Positions 7,211 through 19,568 are shown, counted from the stretch's first letter. The stretch: DNA of 64,000 bases from Clostridia bacterium (GCA_017481495.1 JAFUPC010000011.1:58711-122710); one strand, 5' to 3'. The notes: generated by a model not told the origin, from the letters alone. Numbers and translations: made by a program.

Positions 7211-9874
7211 TTACTCCTCGTCCTCCGCGCCCGGCGCGTTAATATCGAGAAGCTCGATTTCGTCGCTTGCGGAATCACCGGAAATCACATCGTTATCCGG
7301 GATGGCATTTTCATCTTCCCCGTCGGTCATTTCATCCGGGATAACATCGTCATCCTTGACCAGCTCCGCCTGTTCCTCCGCCTTCTTTGCGGCTTCCTCA
7401 TCATCTCTGACGGGGGCGAAGTTGACGATGTGCGCGCCGTCGGAAAGGCGCATGACGATAACGCCCTGGCTGGGTCTGCCGCAGACACGGATGTCGGAGA
7501 CGGGGGTACGGATCATGGTGCCCTCATCGGTGATCATCATGACGTCCTCGTTTGTAGAGACAGTGGAGACACCGGCGAGCAGACCGGTTTTTTCGGTGAT
7601 GGCGTGGCAGACGATACCCTTACCGCCGCGGCCGTGGATGGAATACTCATGGAACGGGGTCACCTTTCCGTAGCCGTTTTCGGTAATGGAGAGGAGCATC
7701 AGCTTGCCGTCTGCCGCTTCCAGCTCTGCGGGTGTGGGAACGGTTGCCGCACCGGTGATATAGTCGCCCTCTGCAAGTGTCATACCTCTCACGCCGCGCG
7801 CGCCGCGGCCCATAACACGCGCCTGGTCCTCGTGGAAGCGGATCGCCTGACCGTTGTGGGAAGCAAGGAGGATGTCGTTTTCGCCTTTGGTGTAGCGGAC
7901 GAAGTCAAGAGAGTCGCCGTCGTCCAGGTCAATGGCGATTTTGCCGCCGCGCCGCTGGAACTCGAAATCTTTGACCGCAACGCGCTTGATGACACCCATT
8001 CTTGTGACCATCATCAGGTATTCGCCGTCGTTGAACGCGGGAATGTCGATAATCGCGGTCACCTTCTCGCCCTCGGACAGCTCCAGCACGTTGACGACAC
8101 TGGTGCCCTTTGCCGTTCTGCCGGCTTCGGGGATCTGGTACGCCTTGCGGACGTAAGCGCGGCCGAGATTCGTGAACATGAGCAGGAACGCGTGGCTGGG
8201 CACGATATGCACATCGTCCACAACGTCCTCTTCCTTTGTCGTCATGCCGATGATGCCCTTGCCGCCGCGCTTCTGTGCAACGTAGGTATCGGCGGGCTGA
8301 CGTTTGATATAGCCGGAGCGGGTCATCGTGATAACGCAGGTGTGGCGTTCGATGAGGTCTTCCAATACGATCTCGTTTTCCGCCGTGACGATCTCGGTTC
8401 TGCGCTCATCGGCGTATTTGCGCTTGATTTCCAGCATCTCATCCTTGATGATCCGGTGGATACGCCCTTCATCGGACAGAATTTCGCGCAGTTCCTTGAT
8501 GAGCGCTTCTTTTTCTTTCAGCTCATCCATGATCTTGATGCGTTCCAGTCCTGCCAGTTTACCGAGCGTCATATCGACGATCGCCTGCGCCTGCACGTCA
8601 GTAAGGCCGAAGCGTTCCATCAGTGCTGCCTTCGCATCGGCGACGGACTCGTTGGAACGGATGATGCGGATGACCTCGTCGATGTCCTCGATGGCGATCA
8701 TCTGACCCTCGAGAATGTGAGCGCGGGCAAGTGCCCGATCAAGGTCGAACTTCACGCGGCGTTCGATGACGGTCTCCTGGTGCGCGATATAGTGGTGCAG
8801 AATTTCCGGCAGGGAAAGGCACTTCGGCTCTCCGTTGACAAGCGCGATCATATTGACGGCAAACGTATCCTGCAGCTGGGTGTATTTATAGAACTGATTG
8901 AGGATGACCTGACCGTTGGCATCGCGGCGGTAGTCGACGACAATCTTCATACCGGCGCGGCCGGATTCGTCTCTGATGTCCGTGACACCCTCGACACGCT
9001 TTTCCTTGACAAGATTTGCCATACTCTCAACAAGCATCGACTTGTTCACAGCATAAGGAATTTCCGTGATGAGGATTCTGTGATGCTCCTCATCGACCTC
9101 CGCCTTGGAGCGCACCATGACACGACCCTTACCAGTGGTGTACGCTTCGATGATGCCCTGCGTGCCGTAAATGGTCGCGTAGGTCGGGAAGTCCGGGCCC
9201 TTGATATACTGCATGATGTCGGCAACGCTTGCATCGGGATTCTCCATATAATAAATGGTACCGTCGATGACCTCGCCGAGATTGTGCGGGGGAATATTGG
9301 TCGCCATACCGACCGCGATACCGACCGAGCCGTTGACAAGGAGATTCGGGAACCGGGCGGGGAGAACGTCGGGTTCTTTCAGCTTGTTGTCAAAGTTCGG
9401 GGAGAACGGAACGACATCCTTTTCGATGTTTTCGAGCATCTCATTGGCGATCTTCGCCATTCTCGCCTCGGTATAACGGTATGCCGCCGCGCCGTCGCCG
9501 TCGACGTTACCGAAGTTACCGTGACCCTCGATGAGCGGGTAACGCATGGAGAAGTCCTGCGCCAGTCGTACCATCGTATCGTACACCGCGACGTCACCGT
9601 GCGGATGGTATCGGCCGAGCACGTTACCGACCGTCGTTGCCGATTTGCGGAACGGCTTGTCCGATGTCAGATGGTCTTCGTACATGGCGTAAAGGATTCT
9701 TCTGTGAACGGGTTTGAGACCGTCCCTGACATCCGGCAGCGCACGCGCGACGATGACGCTCATGGAATACTCGATAAAGGATTTCTTTACCTCGGTATCC
9801 ATGCGGATGGGCAATATTTTCTGGTTCTCAAAGGTGATGTCCTTTGAAAGCTCCGGGTTTGTTTTCTTTGCCAT
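7211..9874 (-). CDS. gyrA: DNA gyrase subunit A
   Basis: 887 aa. Active-site region [11 protein letters not shown], GyrA-box-type beta-pinwheel C-terminal domain, acidic C-terminal tail. Confidence 0.97.
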   Translation of the reverse strand: MAKKTNPELSKDITFENQKILPIRMDTEVKKSFIEYSMSVIVARALPDVRDGLKPVHRRILYAMYEDHLTSDKPFRKSATTVGNVLGRYHPHGDVAVYDTMVRLAQDFSMRYPLIEGHGNFGNVDGDGAAAYRYTEARMAKIANEMLENIEKDVVPFSPNFDNKLKEPDVLPARFPNLLVNGSVGIAVGMATNIPPHNLGEVIDGTIYYMENPDASVADIMQYIKGPDFPTYATIYGTQGIIEAYTTGKGRVMVRSKAEVDEEHHRILITEIPYAVNKSMLVESMANLVKEKRVEGVTDIRDESGRAGMKIVVDYRRDANGQVILNQFYKYTQLQDTFAVNMIALVNGEPKCLSLPEILHHYIAHQETVIERRVKFDLDRALARAHILEGQMIAIEDIDEVIRIIRSNESVADAKAALMERFGLTDVQAQAIVDMTLGKLAGLERIKIMDELKEKEALIKELREILSDEGRIHRIIKDEMLEIKRKYADERRTEIVTAENEIVLEDLIERHTCVITMTRSGYIKRQPADTYVAQKRGGKGIIGMTTKEEDVVDDVHIVPSHAFLLMFTNLGRAYVRKAYQIPEAGRTAKGTSVVNVLELSEGEKVTAIIDIPAFNDGEYLMMVTRMGVIKRVAVKDFEFQRRGGKIAIDLDDGDSLDFVRYTKGENDILLASHNGQAIRFHEDQARVMGRGARGVRGMTLAEGDYITGAATVPTPAELEAADGKLMLLSITENGYGKVTPFHEYSIHGRGGKGIVCHAITEKTGLLAGVSTVSTNEDVMMITDEGTMIRTPVSDIRVCGRPSQGVIVMRLSDGAHIVNFAPVRDDEEAAKKAEEQAELVKDDDVIPDEMTDGEDENAIPDNDVISGDSASDEIELLDINAPGAEDEE

Positions 9875-9940
9875 TATTGATTCATCTTTCTGTTTATAAT
9901 TGTAATCTTAATTGGATTTATAGTTTTTTCGTTGATTTGG

Positions 9941-10013
9941 GAATGTTCTTCGGCAAGAACACGGGGTGAACGGTTCGCACAATAAACTTTCCCCTTGTGC
10001 GAAGCTTTTCGCC
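9941..10013. repeat. Family-A repeat, copy 2
   Basis: CGGCAAGAACACGGGGTGAACGGTTCGCACAATAAACTTTCCCCTTGTGCGAAGC, between the PfkB kinase stop and the gyrA start. Confidence 0.65.
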
Positions 10014-10045
10014 TATATTCTCACATTAGCGCTCCGCATCCCGCC

Positions 10046-11017
10046 TCAAATATCCAACCCCACCGCCTCAACCTGCTCGACGAACCGCATCATGGCGTTC
10101 TTGTCGGGCATTTCAGTGCCGGCAAGTTCGACCTTGGCGGCGGCGGCGGACGATGCGAAACACAGGGCGGTCGCGGCATCGCGGCCATTCTTCTCATATG
10201 CGAACACAAAGGAGGCAAGGAACGTATCTCCCGCGCCGGTAAAGCCGCGCAGGGTGACGTGGGGGGCGTTGACATAAAGGGAACCGTATTCATCGGTATA
10301 GACCGCGCCGTCGCCGCCGAGCGTACAGAGGACGTTTGTGTTGTACTCCGCCTTGATGCGGCGGGAAGCCTTGGCGGCGTTTTCCGCCTTTTCGCGTGCG
10401 GTCTTGCCGGTAATTTCGTAGCCCACAAGACCGGATAATTCAAAAGCGTTCGGCTTGATGAGCCACGGGGAGGATTCCAGACCCGCTTTCAGCGCTTCTC
10501 CGTCCGCATCCAGGATAAAGCGGAGGTTTCCCGTTTGGTTCAGCTCCGCAATCAGGTCGCGGTAGACAGTCTTTGAAAGACCGTTCGGGACGCTTCCGCC
10601 GGCGAAGAGGATGGCGGTGTCGTCACCATCTGCAGTGAACCGTTCCAGCTGCTTTTTCAGCGCGCGGTATTCGTCGTCAAGCACCGGCCCGCCGCCCTCG
10701 TTGGCTTCCGTGCAGGTGCCGTCCGCATCAATCAGCTTGATACACATTCTGGTATCGCACGACGTTTCGGTGAACGCGGTCGGGATGTCCTCTTTTGCAA
10801 GCAGTTCCGAGAACATTCCGCCGGTGGTTCCGCCCACAAATCCGTAAGCCGCTGCACGGATGCCGAGCTTGCGGTAGATCCTTGCGACGTTGATGCCTTT
10901 GCCGCCTGCATTGGTTACGGCGTATCTGGCGCGGTTGAGGGCATCGGTTTTGAACGGCGCACCGAAATACAGTGTCCGGTCGATGCAGGGATTGAGTGTC
11001 AGGGTTGCGATCTTCAT
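10046..11017 (-). CDS. PfkB-family carbohydrate kinase (1-phosphofructokinase / tagatose-6-phosphate kinase type)
   Basis: Real start is MKIATLTLNPCIDRT at 11017 with a GGAGAGGGG SD. The ORF-track N-terminus (to 11362) overlaps gyrB out of frame. C-terminal motif GAGDTF is typical of the PfkB family. Confidence 0.85.
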   Translation of the reverse strand: MKIATLTLNPCIDRTLYFGAPFKTDALNRARYAVTNAGGKGINVARIYRKLGIRAAAYGFVGGTTGGMFSELLAKEDIPTAFTETSCDTRMCIKLIDADGTCTEANEGGGPVLDDEYRALKKQLERFTADGDDTAILFAGGSVPNGLSKTVYRDLIAELNQTGNLRFILDADGEALKAGLESSPWLIKPNAFELSGLVGYEITGKTAREKAENAAKASRRIKAEYNTNVLCTLGGDGAVYTDEYGSLYVNAPHVTLRGFTGAGDTFLASFVFAYEKNGRDAATALCFASSAAAAKVELAGTEMPDKNAMMRFVEQVEAVGLDI

Positions 11018-11045
11018 GTAGTATTCTTTCGTCCCCTCTCCACAC

Positions 11046-13148
<2,103 letters not shown>

Positions 13149-13261
13149 TCATATCCTTATGTTACGGACGCCCAATGGGCACCACTACAGGGTTAGAGAA
13201 AGCGCGTTTTCATTCTTAAGTTGACAGCGTTGCCTGTTTCACAAAGTAAATAACGGCTTCC

Positions 13262-13567
13262 TTATGCCCGTCCGACCAACGTCGCCGGTGCCGGCTGTGC
13301 AAGGTACACGCATTCGTCCTTTCCCCCGCCGGTGCCGTCCGGGGTGTCGGTAAGGACGAACGACTTCGGCAGATCGTCGGATACGTTTTTCACGTTCCCC
13401 GCCTTCTGCGCGCGGGAGAGGAATTTTCTCGTCACGGGGGAGACGGTCGCGGTGTCCATGTCAAAGATGCCGAGAATGCGTTCCCCCGGCACGGTCGTTT
13501 CCCCGCCGAGATAGATGCGGCGGAGGGGATTGGATTGATTTTGAATGAGGTTGCGGGGATAGGTCAT
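13262..13567 (-). CDS. DUF370 / RemB-like small protein (conserved recF-gyrB spacer gene)
   Basis: 101 aa. ILGIFDMD, KSFVLT and VYLAQPAPATL match the pattern of B. subtilis YaaB/RemB, and the position between recF and gyrB is the same. The exact start is uncertain. Confidence 0.7.
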   Translation of the reverse strand: MTYPRNLIQNQSNPLRRIYLGGETTVPGERILGIFDMDTATVSPVTRKFLSRAQKAGNVKNVSDDLPKSFVLTDTPDGTGGGKDECVYLAQPAPATLVGRA

Positions 13568-13593
13568 GGTGAGGGTGCCTCCGGTTTTTTATT

Positions 13594-13676
13594 CTGTACG
13601 GACGTTGTTTCGGGGAAACTTTGCATTGGCAAAGATACGGGCTTGACGGTTCGCATTCTTACAAAAGGATTGCCAG
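13594..13676. repeat. Family-A repeat, copy 3
   Basis: CTGTACGGACGTTGTTTCGGGGAAACTTTGCATTGGCAAAGATACGGGCTTGACGGTTCGCA.., between recF and the DUF370 gene. Confidence 0.6.
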
Positions 13677-13756
13677 CCTCCCCATGCCCTCTATCATAAA
13701 TCACAATCAATCACTTTTCGCCCACCGGGCAAAAAGTTTCCGTTTCTCTTCACTCT

Positions 13757-14878
13757 TCAATCTTCTCTCTTCGCTCCCTCATACGTCCCCGCTTTCACCC
13801 GGATCATATGCACATCCATGCCGGCAAAGAGGGACTCATTGCAGGAGGTCATGATCACCTGCCGGCCGCCGAGCCGTTCCATTAAATACTGCTGGCGGCG
13901 GGAGTCGAGTTCGCTTAAGACGTCGTCAAAGAGGAACACGGGATATTCTCCCGTAGCCGTGCGGGAAAGCTCTCCCTCGCCGAGCTTCATGGCAAGGGCG
14001 ATGGAGCGATCCTGTCCCTGGCTTGCGTAGAGCCTTGCTTCGCGGTCGTTTAAGGTGATGACGATGTCGTCCCGGTGGCAGCCGTGCAATGTCGTTTCCG
14101 CGGCAAATTCGCGCGCGGCATAAGAGACGGCTTTTTCATAAAAGGCGTTCCGGACGGCTTGTGCATCCCCGCCATGCTGTTCGGGTTCAGCATCGCAGTC
14201 ATACCCGAGCGACACGTGTTCCGCGCCGGACGTCATATCCGAGAGAAACCGGTCAACGCATTCGCCGAGCAGGTGCAGATACTTCATGCGCGTGAGGACG
14301 ATGCGGGTATTCAGATCCGCCATCTGCCCCGTCAGAACCTCGTAGAGCGGCATCCGTGCGCGGACGTCGCGGGTCTCGTCTTTCAGTAGTGCATTGCGCT
14401 GTTTTAGGACTTTGGCATAATCGGCAAGTGCCGCCATATCGCCGGGCTTCAGCTGGCAGATCGCCGCATCGAGAAACGACCGTCTTGCCTGCGGTGCGCC
14501 TTTGATCATCGTCAGATGCTCCGGGCAGAACAGCACGCCGTGGAACGTACCGACAAAGTCTGCCGAGCGTTTGACAGGGACACCGTTGCGGCGCATCTGC
14601 CGCGTTTTCCCCTGATAGAGATGCAGTTCCAGTTTCTGTTCTCTCTGTGCATCGGAAAATCCGAGCTTCAAGCCCCCGTCCTCCGCTCCGAAGCGCAGAA
14701 GCTCTCTGTCGTGTACCCCGCGGAACGATTTCCCGCAAGCGAAGCAGTAGATGCCCTCAAGGGCGTTCGTCTTCCCCTGCGCGTTGTCTCCGTACAGAAT
14801 ATTGACGCCGGGGGAAAAGGTGAGCGCGGCGTTTTCGATGTTGCGGAAATTTCTGTATTCCGCCGTTGTCACGTTCAT
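13757..14878 (-). CDS. recF: DNA replication/repair protein RecF
   Basis: 373 aa. N-terminal Walker A GDNAQGKTNALE, SMC-like signature and D-loop (FLFDDVLSELD). 4-nt overlap with dnaN. Confidence 0.93.
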   Translation of the reverse strand: MNVTTAEYRNFRNIENAALTFSPGVNILYGDNAQGKTNALEGIYCFACGKSFRGVHDRELLRFGAEDGGLKLGFSDAQREQKLELHLYQGKTRQMRRNGVPVKRSADFVGTFHGVLFCPEHLTMIKGAPQARRSFLDAAICQLKPGDMAALADYAKVLKQRNALLKDETRDVRARMPLYEVLTGQMADLNTRIVLTRMKYLHLLGECVDRFLSDMTSGAEHVSLGYDCDAEPEQHGGDAQAVRNAFYEKAVSYAAREFAAETTLHGCHRDDIVITLNDREARLYASQGQDRSIALAMKLGEGELSRTATGEYPVFLFDDVLSELDSRRQQYLMERLGGRQVIMTSCNESLFAGMDVHMIRVKAGTYEGAKRED

Positions 14879-16071
14879 TCGCGGAGGTGGCAGGGGACGG
14901 CGAGGTGGGTATACTTTTCGCCAAGCAGACCGAGCCGCTCCCGCTTTTTCTCCTGTTCTGCAATTTCGTCCTCGGTCATCCTCTCTTCATCCGCCGTGAT
15001 GACCATCGAGACAAGCGGGCTGACGAGTGCGAGCCTGATATGCTCCGTGTCGCAGGCGCGGAGGGCATCGAGCAGGTAGCGGCAGTTGAAGCCGATTTTG
15101 AGGTCCGGCCCGGTCTTCTCAACGGGGATCTCCTCATTAACCGTTCCGTTGACGGAAATGGCAGAAACCTGCAAGGTCTGGTCTTCGAGTGTGAATCTGA
15201 CGGACGTCTTTGCCTGACCGAGCGCCTTGTCCTCTGTGACAAGCGAAGCACGTTCCAGCGACTCGCGCAATGCACTGCATTCCAGCGACACAAACGTAGC
15301 GGGGTTCTTCGGAATGAACTTCTCGTAATTGACATATTCCGCGTCGATGAGCCGTGAGAAGAAGCAGATGTTGTCCATCTCAAACATGATGTGCTTGCCC
15401 GTTGCCTGGATGCGGACGGGGGCGTCGTCATCGTGGAGCATTTTCAGAAGCTCCGCGACGGTCTTTCCGGGGACGATGAGCGAAAAATCGAGCGCGCCGC
15501 TGTCCTTTTTGTTCTCAAAATCCATCTGCTTTTCACTGATGGCAAGCCGGAACGAGTCGGACGACACGAGCGTGAGCGTATTTCCTCTGACACGGAAGAA
15601 GATCCCGTTGAGCGCGGGGCGAGGTTCATTCTGTGCAACGGCATACAGCGTTTTGGTCATTGCATCGCGCAGCTCCGACTGCGGCATCTCAAACGCCCAG
15701 TCACCGTCGAGCACCGGCATATTCGGGAACTCCTCGCCGGGCATGGCGTTGATGGTGAACTCACTCTTTCCGCTGGAAATTTTCGCGCGCATCTTGTCGT
15801 TGACCTCAATGCGAATTTCCCCGGGCATGGAGCGGATGATCTGGTTTAATTTCTGTCCGCCGATGATATAAGAACCGGGTTCCTCGACATTCCCGCGGAG
15901 TGTACAGCGGATACCTTTTTCGAGGTCAAAGGAATTGAGCACGCAAGTCCCGTCCGCCTCCGCCGTGATGCAGATACCCTCGATGGAGGCAATGGTATTT
16001 TTCGTCGACACCGCCGACATCGCCGGCGCGACTGCGGCTGTTAAAACATCTTTATCAAAGGTTACTATCAT
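14875..16071 (-). CDS. dnaN: DNA polymerase III beta sliding clamp
   Basis: 398 aa. Three-domain clamp pattern, lies immediately downstream of dnaA/oriC. C-terminus carries an extra acidic/basic extension. Confidence 0.93.
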   Translation of the reverse strand: MIVTFDKDVLTAAVAPAMSAVSTKNTIASIEGICITAEADGTCVLNSFDLEKGIRCTLRGNVEEPGSYIIGGQKLNQIIRSMPGEIRIEVNDKMRAKISSGKSEFTINAMPGEEFPNMPVLDGDWAFEMPQSELRDAMTKTLYAVAQNEPRPALNGIFFRVRGNTLTLVSSDSFRLAISEKQMDFENKKDSGALDFSLIVPGKTVAELLKMLHDDDAPVRIQATGKHIMFEMDNICFFSRLIDAEYVNYEKFIPKNPATFVSLECSALRESLERASLVTEDKALGQAKTSVRFTLEDQTLQVSAISVNGTVNEEIPVEKTGPDLKIGFNCRYLLDALRACDTEHIRLALVSPLVSMVITADEERMTEDEIAEQEKKRERLGLLGEKYTHLAVPCHLRE

Positions 16072-16248
16072 GGTTGGAACTCCTTGGTATTTATTCTTTA
16101 TTGATTCACGCGATTTGGGTTTCCTTACTCAGGTGATGGCTTGGAAGGAGGAAAGCGATCCTTTGCAGCTTTGGTTTGACGGATTGAAACTTTTGCAGGA
16201 TTTCTTGCAAATGTTTGGATCGAGCGACTGGCAGGCGCGAAGCGGTTT

Positions 16249-16776
16249 TTCTCCACACACAGCCGCCTTGCCAGGGGCGGGATGCCGGCGGGAGCCGGCG
16301 AAAGAAAAGATAAGATAAAGGGAATCAGTAGAAGTCGCCGCCGTAGGGGGTGTGAAGAATGTGGAAAAGCGGAAAGGGATTGGAACTGCTGGATTTTTTC
16401 GGAGGTGCGGGTACAATTTTCTGTGTTTTTCCGGCTGGAAAAGCTGTTTGCGGATTTCCGGTTTTTCACATGGCAGAAAACGTCGGTTTTTTCGCGTTTT
16501 CCGGTGTGGATGGTTTGGGGAGAAATGCGGGGTTTGTCCTGTGGATATCGACAGGCAGGTGTGGAAAGGCGGGAAAGTATAGTTTTGCTATGTGGAGAGA
16601 AGTTTTTCACAGGGTGTTTGAAACTTTGTGGAAAACTCAGAGCAAGGAAATTTGAAATTTGGATTTTGTTTAGAGCCGCAGGGGATTTCGGGGTGTGGAC
16701 AAGCGTTGGAAAACGGTGTATAAACGGGGATGGAGGGGTAGGATTTCCCTGATTCTGTGAAAAAAGGTGTGGAGAA
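16249..16776. promoter_or_regulatory. oriC DnaA-box cluster in the dnaA-dnaN spacer
   Basis: Nine 9-mers within 2 mismatches of TGTGGATAA. TTCTCCACA at 16249 is in the opposite orientation. The rest are TGTGGAAAA 16360, TGTGGATGG 16505, TGTGGATAT 16540, TGTGGAAAG 16560, TGTGGAGAG 16591, TGTGGAAAA 16627, TGTGGACAA 16694, TGTGGAGAA 16768. Confidence 0.65.
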
Positions 16777-16865
16777 TGTTAAGATCACCGCTGCGCGGTG
16801 ATGTACCTCATCCACCGCTAACGCGTGTCCATCAAGAGGGAAGGATTAATGTGCGAAACGTCCCG

Positions 16866-16950
16866 TTTACATTCTCTCCGAATGATAAAAACAAAATAAA
16901 TCCCCCCAAAAATGCTTTTACTCAATTTTTTCTCAAAAAAATTGCGGGGT
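16866..16950. other. AT-rich tract, candidate DNA-unwinding element of oriC
   Basis: TTTACATTCTCTCCGAATGATAAAAACAAAATAAATCCCCCCAAAAATGCTTTTACTCAATTTTTTCTCAAAAAAATT lies next to the dnaA stop and is the most AT-rich stretch of the spacer. Confidence 0.35.
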
Positions 16951-16978
16951 CCAGGGGCAGAGTCCCGGGCACATCCCC

Positions 16979-18532
16979 TCATCCGTTTGTGATCTCTTTG
17001 ATCAGGGCGTCGATGTCGTTTTCGAGGAGGGCATCTTCGCGGATGCGCTTGGTGATGAGGTTGACGGAGTAGAGGATGGTGGTGTGGTCTTTGCCGCCCA
17101 TGACCTTGCCGATGGCGGGGAGGGACATATCGGTGATCTTGCGCATGATGTAGACACAGATGTGACGCGCCTGGGCGATCTCTTTGGACTTTCTTGTGCC
17201 TTTGATCTGCTCCACTGTGACGCCGTACTTGTTTGCGACGGCGTTGAAGATCTTGTCCTGGGTCACGCGGACGGGTTCGGCGCCGGTGACGACGTCGGCG
17301 ATGTTTTCGCGTGCCATGTCTATTGTGATGGGCTGTTTCGTTAAATTGGAGTAGGCACCGAGGCGCTTGATGACACCCTCAATCTGGCGGATGTTGCTTT
17401 TCAGCTTTTCGGCGAGGAAATTCAGAACGTCGTTTGAGATTTCCACTTCCATGTACTGTGCTTTTTTGCGGAGAATGGCGATGCGCAGTTCCATGTCCGG
17501 CGGCTGAATGTCGGCGATGAGTCCCCATTCAAAACGGGTTTTGAGTCGGTCTTCCAGTGTGTTGATTTCCTTGGGCGGTCGGTCGGAGGTCAGGATAATC
17601 TGCTTTTTCGCGTCGTAGAGCTCGTTGAACGTGTTGAAAAATTCTTCCTGCGTGGATTCCTTGCCGGCGATGAAATGGACGTCGTCGATTAAGAGGATGT
17701 CCGCCGTGCGGTATTTTTCGCGGAACGCGGGCATGGATTTGTTCTGCAGGGATTCAATTAAATTGTTTGTGAAGCTGTCACCCTTGACATAAACGATGTT
17801 CGCGCCGGGATTCTTTTCGAGAATGCGGTTGATGATGGCGTAGAGCAGGTGCGTTTTGCCAAGTCCCGACGGGCCGTAGATGAACAGGGGGTTGTAGGCG
17901 GAGGCGGGATTGTTCGCAACCGCGACACAGGCGGCGTGGGCGAATTTGTTGGAGCTTCCGACGATGAAGTTGTCAAAGGTGTATTCACTGTTGATGAACA
18001 TTTCCTTGCGCTGGGAGGGGGCGGGAGAGGGAGAGGGAGAGGGAGCCGGCGTCCGGGCGGAAGAGGTGTCGGCAGGTGCGGATGTCGGGTTGGGCGTGGG
18101 AGCGGGTTCTGCGGTCGTGCCGGCAGGCATTCCGACGGGTTCTGCCGCGGCTTCTGCGGAAGATGCGGTGTCCTTGGATGCGGGAGCACCGGAAGTGGGT
18201 ACTGCACCCGCAGTGGATAAGATTGCCTCAACGGGCAGACCCATGCGGACGTCGTACTGGAGGCGTTCGCGGTCGATGGGGCGGTTTTCCTCCGAGACGA
18301 CGGCAACCTCCACTGGGAAGCCCATGATGTCTTCAAAGGTTGCGGCAAGCGTTTCTCTGTATCGTTTGCCGATGATGTCCGCTTTCATATCGCTGTCGGA
18401 AATCAGAACAACGGTGGTGTCGCTGAGTGCGGCGAGTTCCAGATGATTGAACCACAGCTCCATGATGGTTTCCGAAAATTTTTCCGATAGAGCCCGGAGT
18501 ACGGGTTCCCAAATGTCGTGAAACGATTGCAT
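16979..18532 (-). CDS. dnaA: Chromosomal replication initiator DnaA
   Basis: Start MQSFHDIWEPVL at 18532 with a GGAGA SD. AAA+ Walker A GPSGLGKTHLL and the C-terminal DnaA-box-binding helix. Unusually long Pro/Ala/Ser/Thr linker (domain II). Confidence 0.96.
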   Translation of the reverse strand: MQSFHDIWEPVLRALSEKFSETIMELWFNHLELAALSDTTVVLISDSDMKADIIGKRYRETLAATFEDIMGFPVEVAVVSEENRPIDRERLQYDVRMGLPVEAILSTAGAVPTSGAPASKDTASSAEAAAEPVGMPAGTTAEPAPTPNPTSAPADTSSARTPAPSPSPSPAPSQRKEMFINSEYTFDNFIVGSSNKFAHAACVAVANNPASAYNPLFIYGPSGLGKTHLLYAIINRILEKNPGANIVYVKGDSFTNNLIESLQNKSMPAFREKYRTADILLIDDVHFIAGKESTQEEFFNTFNELYDAKKQIILTSDRPPKEINTLEDRLKTRFEWGLIADIQPPDMELRIAILRKKAQYMEVEISNDVLNFLAEKLKSNIRQIEGVIKRLGAYSNLTKQPITIDMARENIADVVTGAEPVRVTQDKIFNAVANKYGVTVEQIKGTRKSKEIAQARHICVYIMRKITDMSLPAIGKVMGGKDHTTILYSVNLITKRIREDALLENDIDALIKEITNG

Positions 18533-18579
18533 TCGGTGTCTCCTTGTTTCATACTTAATTATATATATACCCATATAAT

Positions 18580-18608
18580 ATTATACCACAAACCGCGCGT
18601 TTTTTCAA
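18580..18608 (-). promoter_or_regulatory. dnaA promoter (extended -10)
   Basis: Minus strand TTGAAA (18603-18608), 17-nt spacer, TGG-TATAAT (18580-18588). Confidence 0.55.
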
Positions 18609-18643
18609 GGAAAAACGCAAAATATACGCGGAAAAAGAAGTAC

Positions 18644-18670
18644 AAAAAAAAGCCCGCCGTGCGGGCTTTT
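18644..18670 (-). terminator. Rho-independent terminator downstream of lexA
   Basis: AGCCCGC-cgt-GCGGGCT stem-loop. On the minus strand it is followed by a U-run of 7 (the A-run at 18644-18650). Confidence 0.65.
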
Positions 18671-18728
18671 GGGGGCATAATCACGGAAGATTTTTTGCGG
18701 GGGATTCCGGTGTTATTTTCCTGTCAAA

Positions 18729-18895
18729 AATCACTTCGCCGCAGGCAACTTCACCGGGCGCATACAGTGGGAGTACCAACAGCGGTGCGAACGCCTTTTT
18801 GATCCGCGGGAGCAAGGTTTCGTAAAGCGAAACCATATAGGCTCCCCTACAAAATCGCCGAAATCGCATTGCGTAAGACGGTATCGCCATCCCCG
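18729..18895. repeat. Mosaic repeat (family C/D), copy in the lexA 3' region
   Basis: Modules ACTTCGCCGCAGGCAACTTCACC, CATACAGTGGGAGTACCAACAGCGGTGCGAACG and GGTTTCGtaaaGCGAAACC-ATATAGGCTCCCCTACAAA are shared with 23835-24085 and 40847-40900. Confidence 0.55.
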
Positions 18896-18901
18896 CCAAA
18901 T

Positions 18902-19507
18902 TCAATTGTAATTTCTGAAGCAGGAAATGACCTTCCCCAGCAGAACGACCTCATTCACGATGATGGGCTGCATTGCGCTGTTCATCGGCTGGAGGCGATA
19001 GTGGCCGTCTTCCTTGTAGAAGACCTTGCAGGTGGCTTCGTCGCCGACGAGGGCGATGACGATGTCGCCGTTGCGGGCGTAGGAGGTGCGTTCGACGATG
19101 ACGGTGTCGCCGTTCATAATGCCGGCTTCGATCATGCTTTCGCCTTTGATGATGAGGGCGAACAGATTGTCGATGTTGTAGCGGCGGCGGTTGACGTGAT
19201 AGTCGACGTAGCCTTCAAAGTTTTCGGTGGCGAGAATGGGCTGACCGGCGGCGACACGGCCGAGAACAGGGATTCTGTCGGCGTTGTCCTCATCGCCCTT
19301 TTCGATGCGCAGAGTGCGGCTCTTGCCGGATTCTTTCTGAATGTAGCCTTTGGCTTCAAGTCTTCCGATGTAATGATGAACAGTCGAGGTGCTCTTCATG
19401 TCCACAGCGGCGGCGATGTCGCGCACAGACGGGGAATAGCCGTCCCGGCGGATGGTGTCCACGATAAAGTCGTATACGAGTTGTTCCTTGGGTGTTAATT
19501 TTTCCAT
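18902..19507 (-). CDS. lexA: LexA repressor (S24 self-cleaving)
   Basis: Start MEKLTPKEQLVYDFI at 19507. Winged-helix N-terminus, AAG cleavage-site region (RVAAGQPILA), and Ser/Lys dyad context (GESM..., VLLGKV). Confidence 0.93.
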   Translation of the reverse strand: MEKLTPKEQLVYDFIVDTIRRDGYSPSVRDIAAAVDMKSTSTVHHYIGRLEAKGYIQKESGKSRTLRIEKGDEDNADRIPVLGRVAAGQPILATENFEGYVDYHVNRRRYNIDNLFALIIKGESMIEAGIMNGDTVIVERTSYARNGDIVIALVGDEATCKVFYKEDGHYRLQPMNSAMQPIIVNEVVLLGKVISCFRNYN

Positions 19508-19568
19508 TTGGCAGCTCCTTTTTGTTCGGTTTTTGTGAGTGGTTGGTGCGTTTTTGCGGGCGAAAATC

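Noticed and set aside
7430-9847. Very long plus-strand ORF (805 aa) antisense to gyrA. Similar long antisense ORFs lie opposite gyrB, serS, recA, lepA, the SBP gene, dnaN and the transglutaminase gene.
   Set aside because: The translations are low-complexity and Arg/Gly/Asp/His-rich, with no recognisable motifs. Each one exactly shadows a well-supported conserved gene. This is a typical artefact of GC-rich coding sequence.
16125-16815. Several 75-161 aa ORFs on both strands within the dnaA-dnaN spacer.
   Set aside because: The region is the DnaA-box array. The ORFs overlap each other in different frames, have biased composition and lack SD sequences.
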